Positions 33,598 through 37,948 of a stretch of 37,948 nucleotides of DNA are shown piece by piece (the stretch's first letter is position 1; every line of letters begins with the position of its first letter). The translations under genes and the position numbers were made by a program. The notes beneath the pieces were generated by a model that saw only the letters and a list, made by a program, of their open reading frames with translations, was not told the origin of the DNA and did not search any database. The DNA is from a virus (lineage: Duplodnaviria; Caudoviricetes), in the IMG/VR virus record IMGVR_UViG_3300014872_000006, positions 1 to 37,948 of that record. One strand, given 5' to 3'.

Positions 33598-34002
33598 ATG
33601 CTCAGGTTTTGTTTGATGCTCATGCTGCTAGGAGCAAAGGGCTTGTCCGGGCAGTCCGCCAACTCCACAGCGGAAGTCGTGCGGAAGGGCATGAGCTGCA
33701 GACAGGCCTCAACGGGACACATCGAATGCACTTATACTATCGGTCAATCCCTTGTGGTCCTGATAGCCGGTGTTGGCGAAGACGGCGCCACCATTTTCAT
33801 AGACAAAACGGAGGGGCTTAAGGGCGACTATTATGCCTCCATTTCGATGGCTCACCAATGCGTCGTGGTGAAGCCAGGAGAGAAGACCGTTAGCAAAAAG
33901 GCAGGCTTGCCGACGTTCGCCTTTATCGCTCACCGAGACGGCAAGGTATACCCTGACTGGACGCAATGCAGAGATGCCAACCTAGCGCCGCCTCGCTCGT
34001 GA
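33598..34002 (+). CDS. Secreted hypothetical protein
   Basis: GGAGGA RBS; signal peptide; four Cys in the mature part. Confidence 0.7.
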   Translation: MLRFCLMLMLLGAKGLSGQSANSTAEVVRKGMSCRQASTGHIECTYTIGQSLVVLIAGVGEDGATIFIDKTEGLKGDYYASISMAHQCVVVKPGEKTVSKKAGLPTFAFIAHRDGKVYPDWTQCRDANLAPPRS

Positions 34003-34151
34003 GAATCCTGAACCTTCCCCTCAAGGGTTCCGGCGATCGGTCCAAGCCGCGCGGGCATGGGCGAGCTGGAGTGGGCAGTGAATGACTGGTGGAATGGGTT
34101 ACGCGGAGCGGTAGAAACCAATGTGCGATTCAAGGAAGGAAGAGGTGTGCA

Positions 34152-34562
34152 GTGGAACTAAAATTCGCGATGCTCGCCGACTACGTGACCGAGACCAAGG
34201 GAGGAAAATTCATCATCGTCGGCGAGTTCGATCACATCTTCGGCACAAAAGTGCCGGCCCGGCATCAGCTAATGTTCTTGGTGGCCAGGTTTGAGGCGTC
34301 CGTTACCGAGGGGTCCGCGCACAAGCTGAAGGTTGTCCTGGTCGACGAGGACGGCAACGATCTTCCGCTGACCGTGCCCGAGTTGGATGCCAATTTCGCT
34401 GCCCAGGGGCCAGGTAAGCCTCTGAGGGCAAATGTGATTATCCAGCTTGTTAACCTCGTGTTCCCAAAATTTGGGTCGTACGAGTTTCACATTCTGATCG
34501 ACGGTCACCACAAGGCGACCATCGGTTTCGAGCTCACCAACGCCCAGCCACCGCGACGTTGA
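34152..34562 (+). CDS. DUF6941-like protein
   Basis: FAMLAD.V.....GK..IVG.FD.I..L.FP..G.YEF.ILIDG pattern; AGAGG RBS. Confidence 0.7.
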   Translation: MELKFAMLADYVTETKGGKFIIVGEFDHIFGTKVPARHQLMFLVARFEASVTEGSAHKLKVVLVDEDGNDLPLTVPELDANFAAQGPGKPLRANVIIQLVNLVFPKFGSYEFHILIDGHHKATIGFELTNAQPPRR

Positions 34563-34816
34563 CCAGGCAGCGCGCAGAGCGAATTCGGGCGGAGATGGAG
34601 TCCAACCCCAACGGCCAGCGGTTCGGGCTTCTATGTAACGTTTTGGAGGCTTTCGGGATTCGTTTGGATCGCCAGAAGGGCAGCGATTGCATTTTCAAGC
34701 ATGAGACCCTAAATGTTCGGCTGTTCATTTCGTACCATGGATCCGGCAGGGTCCATGCGGCGTATGTTGAACGCGCTGTGAAGGCAATGAACGAAGTCAA
34801 GGAACTGGGACAATGA
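34559..34816 (+). CDS. hicA: HicA-like toxin with GSD in place of GSH
   Basis: NP....F..L..VLE.FG....RQKGS[D].IFKH...G.V..AYV..A. Confidence 0.75.
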   Translation: MTRQRAERIRAEMESNPNGQRFGLLCNVLEAFGIRLDRQKGSDCIFKHETLNVRLFISYHGSGRVHAAYVERAVKAMNEVKELGQ

Positions 34817-35169
34817 CCGCTCTAGATCTGTACCTCCGGCTACCGTGGACAGTTGAATCCACCAAGCGTGTGGATGACGGCGAAGAAGCAGTAGTCTTAT
34901 CAGTACTTGAGTTGGACTTCTTGGTGGTAGGGCAGAACGAAGCGGACGCCGCCGAGAAGTTTTGGCCGGCACTATCCATGTTGCTGGAGAGCTATGTCGA
35001 GGATGGCGTGCTGCCACCCTTGCCGGAAACGGCGATGATCGTTGATCCGGTGAAGCTCGAAGAATTTGTTCAGGCGTCTGCAAAAACGGATCAGGACACA
35101 ATTTCGATTGGCGCATACTCAGCGCAACCGACAACCGTTGTCGAAGCTGCCACGTTAGCCGCAGCCTGA
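34813..35169 (+). CDS. hicB: HicB-like antitoxin
   Basis: YL.LPW......D.......V.EL......G....A......AL...LESY.E.G..PP.P; ATGA-coupled to hicA. Confidence 0.75.
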   Translation: MTALDLYLRLPWTVESTKRVDDGEEAVVLSVLELDFLVVGQNEADAAEKFWPALSMLLESYVEDGVLPPLPETAMIVDPVKLEEFVQASAKTDQDTISIGAYSAQPTTVVEAATLAAA

Positions 35170-35237
35170 CCCAGCCACCTATTTGATCGCCTCGAGCTAG
35201 CAGATACACTGAGGCCCACGCCAACCGAGAGGATGCC

Positions 35238-35429
35238 GTGGGCCTTTATCCGCCGTTCTGGGAAGACCTCTTCCGACCCTTTCCGCCCGAGCCGGTGAGA
35301 TGGGTCACGCTGCCATCCGGCGACCATGTCGCGGTGCCGGACCAGCCGCCACCGCTCGATCGGATTGAGCTGCGTGACTCGCAGCTGGCGACGAAACGGA
35401 TCTCCAACACGAGCAGAGACAAGGGTTGA
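35238..35429 (+). CDS. Hypothetical protein
   Basis: GAGAGG RBS-like sequence; stop overlaps the next start. Confidence 0.35.
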   Translation: MGLYPPFWEDLFRPFPPEPVRWVTLPSGDHVAVPDQPPPLDRIELRDSQLATKRISNTSRDKG

Positions 35430-36106
35430 GCCGGATAGATAGGGCAAAAAAGGAACTGATCGAAGGCGTAGCCGATGACCTGCGGCTTCTGCACGAAGAT
35501 TGGGGAGATGCGGCGGATGATCACACACTCCGACGCGGCAGCACGTTGTTGCGCAGACTGCTTGTAGACGCCCAGTTGCAGCGCGCCTGGAAGGGAGCCG
35601 GTTTCGAGAAGGAACCAGAGATCGAAGGAGGCACCTTAAAAGAGATATTGAAGATTGTGCCAGTGCAGGAAATTGCGCTAGCATCGGTCGGGGGTGCGAA
35701 GTACGAGGGCGGCGAGATTAGAGGATTGATGAGCCTCAACAATGAGTTAGGCAACGCCGAAGCATACGAGATGGCTCAAGCGTCGTTCGCAACAGAAAAG
35801 CTCGGGCTACGAGGGTGGACCGAGGGTGCATGCATGGTGGTCCAAGGCATTCCGGTTCCTCGAAGAGTCCTAGTCAAGTTCATTTCTAACAAGCTAGGGG
35901 GCGCCCATTTCGATGCCTCGCGCGGCGCTAGCTTGGAAGAAAGGCAGTTTGCTCTTCTGGATGAAGTGCGGGAGAGGCTTAGACTTATGGGCAAAGACGC
36001 TGTCTATTTCGAGCTGCTGTCGGTGGGGCAGACCCTGGCGGCCTCGATGGACGTGCAACGCTTCTTGGAACGCGTGGATCTCGCTACGGAACCGCCGCCT
36101 CCGTGA
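35426..36106 (+). CDS. Hypothetical accessory protein (NKxGGAHxD motif)
   Basis: 226-aa ORF; LRRLL and R..LVK.ISNKLGGAHFD motifs. Confidence 0.7.
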   Translation: MSRIDRAKKELIEGVADDLRLLHEDWGDAADDHTLRRGSTLLRRLLVDAQLQRAWKGAGFEKEPEIEGGTLKEILKIVPVQEIALASVGGAKYEGGEIRGLMSLNNELGNAEAYEMAQASFATEKLGLRGWTEGACMVVQGIPVPRRVLVKFISNKLGGAHFDASRGASLEERQFALLDEVRERLRLMGKDAVYFELLSVGQTLAASMDVQRFLERVDLATEPPPP

Positions 36107-36452
36107 CCTCGAGCTCCCATGTGTCGACCAGCGTACGACTCCCGCTCGTGTCCGCCTCCACACGCACCACGTAGGTGCCTGCTGCTTGCTCGCCAGGAGC
36201 AGCTCGAGTCTTGAACGTGCCGGAAACCAGGCCGCCTGCGATCGTCGGGCTGCCACTCACGAACTCGCTCGTCACAACCGTCCACGGCCCCACGGGCACG
36301 AAGCGGCCAGTCTCGGGATCGTAGGTCTTCGTTGCGCCACTCGTAACCACCACCACCGGGTTTGAGAGCGTCTCGCCTTCGTCGAGCTGACTCGTAAAGT
36401 CGGAGCCGTACCGATCCTCGGCGTTCGCATGCTTTGTGAGCACCTGGTGCAT
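36084..36452 (-). CDS. Probable virion fibre/tail adaptor protein
   Basis: K......Y..DF...L..GETLS...GT.Y.V....T pattern; last gene of the structural operon. Confidence 0.5.
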   Translation of the reverse strand: MHQVLTKHANAEDRYGSDFTSQLDEGETLSNPVVVVTSGATKTYDPETGRFVPVGPWTVVTSEFVSGSPTIAGGLVSGTFKTRAAPGEQAAGTYVVRVEADTSGSRTLVDTWELEVTEAAVP

Positions 36453-37267
36453 TAGGTCACCTCATGGATGGTCGGACGAGAACGCGCAGCATGCGTGCGC
36501 TCGGCTGGCGTTGTCGCGTGCCGGCGTTCGAGCGAATGGGCGCGATGAACGAAATGGACCGCCGGTGCGACCTGACTGGCCACAGACTGCAACGCCGGAA
36601 TAGCGATTGCCGCGGCGGCGCGCACGAGTACGCGACCCGCGCTCGCCATGGCGAAATGTGGGACTGCGATTTCTGCTACACCCGCGACACGCACGGCGCC
36701 GGCCGACGCCATTGTCAGGTGCGGAAGGCTGAGCGTCGCCGCGCCGGCAACGAGTAGTGCTCCCGCTGCTGTTTGCGTGAAGGGCGGAATTGTCAGCGCA
36801 GCTTGACCCGTCGCGACCTGCGTGCTCGAGCCAGTTGCCTGGAATGCAGGGATTGTGAGTGAGGCCTGGGCGAGAACACGAACAGCGCCCGCCGCTGCCA
36901 TCGTGAAGTGCGGAATGTTCTGCGTTGCAGTGCTGGCCACGCGCACAACGCCGGCGGCTGACGTGGTGAAGTGCGGGATGGTGAGGTTGGCCGCACCGGT
37001 TACGCGGACCGTTCCAGCAGCTGACTGTGTAAAGGCGGGGATCGTGCGGCTGGCCGCGCCCGCAACACGCACCTGGCCAGCGGAGGCGACAGCAAAGGCC
37101 GGTATGTTCCTGGACGCATCGCCGGCCACGCGCACCAGGCCGGAAGCCGAGCTCGAGAATGCGGGGATCGATACCGCAGCGGCGCCAACGATCCCCGCGG
37201 CCGCGATGGCCGTGGGTATCCACCGGCGCTTTGCCGGCAGGCGATACCGGCGGCCGAAAAAGCTCAC
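36452..37267 (-). CDS. Virion-type protein with ~10 tandem 21-aa Ala-rich repeats
   Basis: Repeat consensus G.A..TIP.F...AAG.VRV. Confidence 0.7.
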   Translation of the reverse strand: MSFFGRRYRLPAKRRWIPTAIAAAGIVGAAAVSIPAFSSSASGLVRVAGDASRNIPAFAVASAGQVRVAGAASRTIPAFTQSAAGTVRVTGAANLTIPHFTTSAAGVVRVASTATQNIPHFTMAAAGAVRVLAQASLTIPAFQATGSSTQVATGQAALTIPPFTQTAAGALLVAGAATLSLPHLTMASAGAVRVAGVAEIAVPHFAMASAGRVLVRAAAAIAIPALQSVASQVAPAVHFVHRAHSLERRHATTPAERTHAARSRPTIHEVT

Positions 37268-37749
37268 AACTCTTCCACGTATGCAGTGCCGGAAATCGTG
37301 GCATCATCGGCGAGCGCCGTGCCGAGCCGCACGCACAGCATCGTGTCCGCCTGGTCAACCTTCGGACCCGTACTCTGCCCATTGATTTCCGGCCACCACA
37401 GCTGCAATCCCGAGCGCACGTTGAACGTGTCGGCGTGCACTTCCACTGCGGTGCCGGTAGATGCAGGAGTCGATGCCACGGCCTCCGCGGTGAATCCGGC
37501 CGCCGCATCGCGCGGATCCACCGGCTTTGGTGTGACGGCGCTTCCGTTGCCCGACGTCGCATTGTCCGTGACGATCGAGTAGTCGATCATCTCTTCCTGC
37601 GCATCGCCTACTTCACTCTTGACTCCGATGAACAGCCCGACCAGCCGGATCGGCCGATCATCCGCAGGAGTCAGCTCGAAGAAATCATAGTCACCGTTCG
37701 CCGTCGTGAACGATGAATTGCGAAACGGCACCGTGTAGATGCGACTCAC
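37264..37749 (-). CDS. Probable virion structural protein
   Basis: Beta-rich A/T/G/S composition; GGGAG RBS; coupled to the repeat gene. Confidence 0.65.
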   Translation of the reverse strand: MSRIYTVPFRNSSFTTANGDYDFFELTPADDRPIRLVGLFIGVKSEVGDAQEEMIDYSIVTDNATSGNGSAVTPKPVDPRDAAAGFTAEAVASTPASTGTAVEVHADTFNVRSGLQLWWPEINGQSTGPKVDQADTMLCVRLGTALADDATISGTAYVEEL

Positions 37750-37764
37750 TTGCGACTCCCTGAG

Positions 37765-37947
37765 TTAGAGTGGAACTACGGACGTTGGGCGGTCACGCCG
37801 GAGCGGCGGCAAAGCGCCACCGCCACCGCCCGATGCGGCGTAATCGACATACATGCTGATCTTGTAACTCGCACTGCCTTCATTCGCCGGCCATGTACTG
37901 GGCATGTCGTTGGCGTGGGTGCGGCCGGCAAAGAAAACATCGAGCCC
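37765..37947 (-). CDS. C-terminus of a probable structural protein (runs off the window)
   Basis: Open frame GLDVFFAGRTHANDMPSTWP..SMYVDYAASGGGGG..VVPL* to TAA at 37765. Confidence 0.55.
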   Translation of the reverse strand, partial: GLDVFFAGRTHANDMPSTWPANEGSASYKISMYVDYAASGGGGGALPPLRRDRPTSVVPL

Positions 37948-37948
37948 C

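Overview
A GC-rich temperate, lambda-like tailed phage genome segment. The host is probably Gemmatimonadota, inferred only from the DnaB sequence and lipoprotein style. From the right end, the window holds: the tail end of a minus-strand structural operon (36084-37948); a plus-strand accessory region with an Ig-repeat lipoprotein, a zinc-ribbon membrane protein, a gene remnant and a DUF6941-HicA-HicB cassette (31616-36106); and a CI/Cro-type switch (30207-31205). A ~25 kb minus-strand early operon follows. It carries an antisense IS1595 fragment inside a gene, a tRNA-fMet plus a tRNA-like RNA with an expanded anticodon arm, and recombination genes (HNH-AP2, Gp3-like, PD-(D/E)XK, SMC/Rad50). 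It also carries a PRTRC ubiquitin-like cassette (ParB-E fusion, C, F, B, ThiF; no A/JAB or D) coupled to xis-int, an apparently intact attP, a HerA-like ATPase, two proteases, a NucS-like nuclease, an initiator, DnaB and RuvC. The left end has a frameshifted HNH, a candidate cos, terS, terL, a head-joining gene, portal and the start of an S49 head protease. Intact attP- and cos-like sites, with late genes at both ends, suggest a circular or excised genome rather than an integrated prophage. All family calls come from motif recognition by eye; no searches were run.
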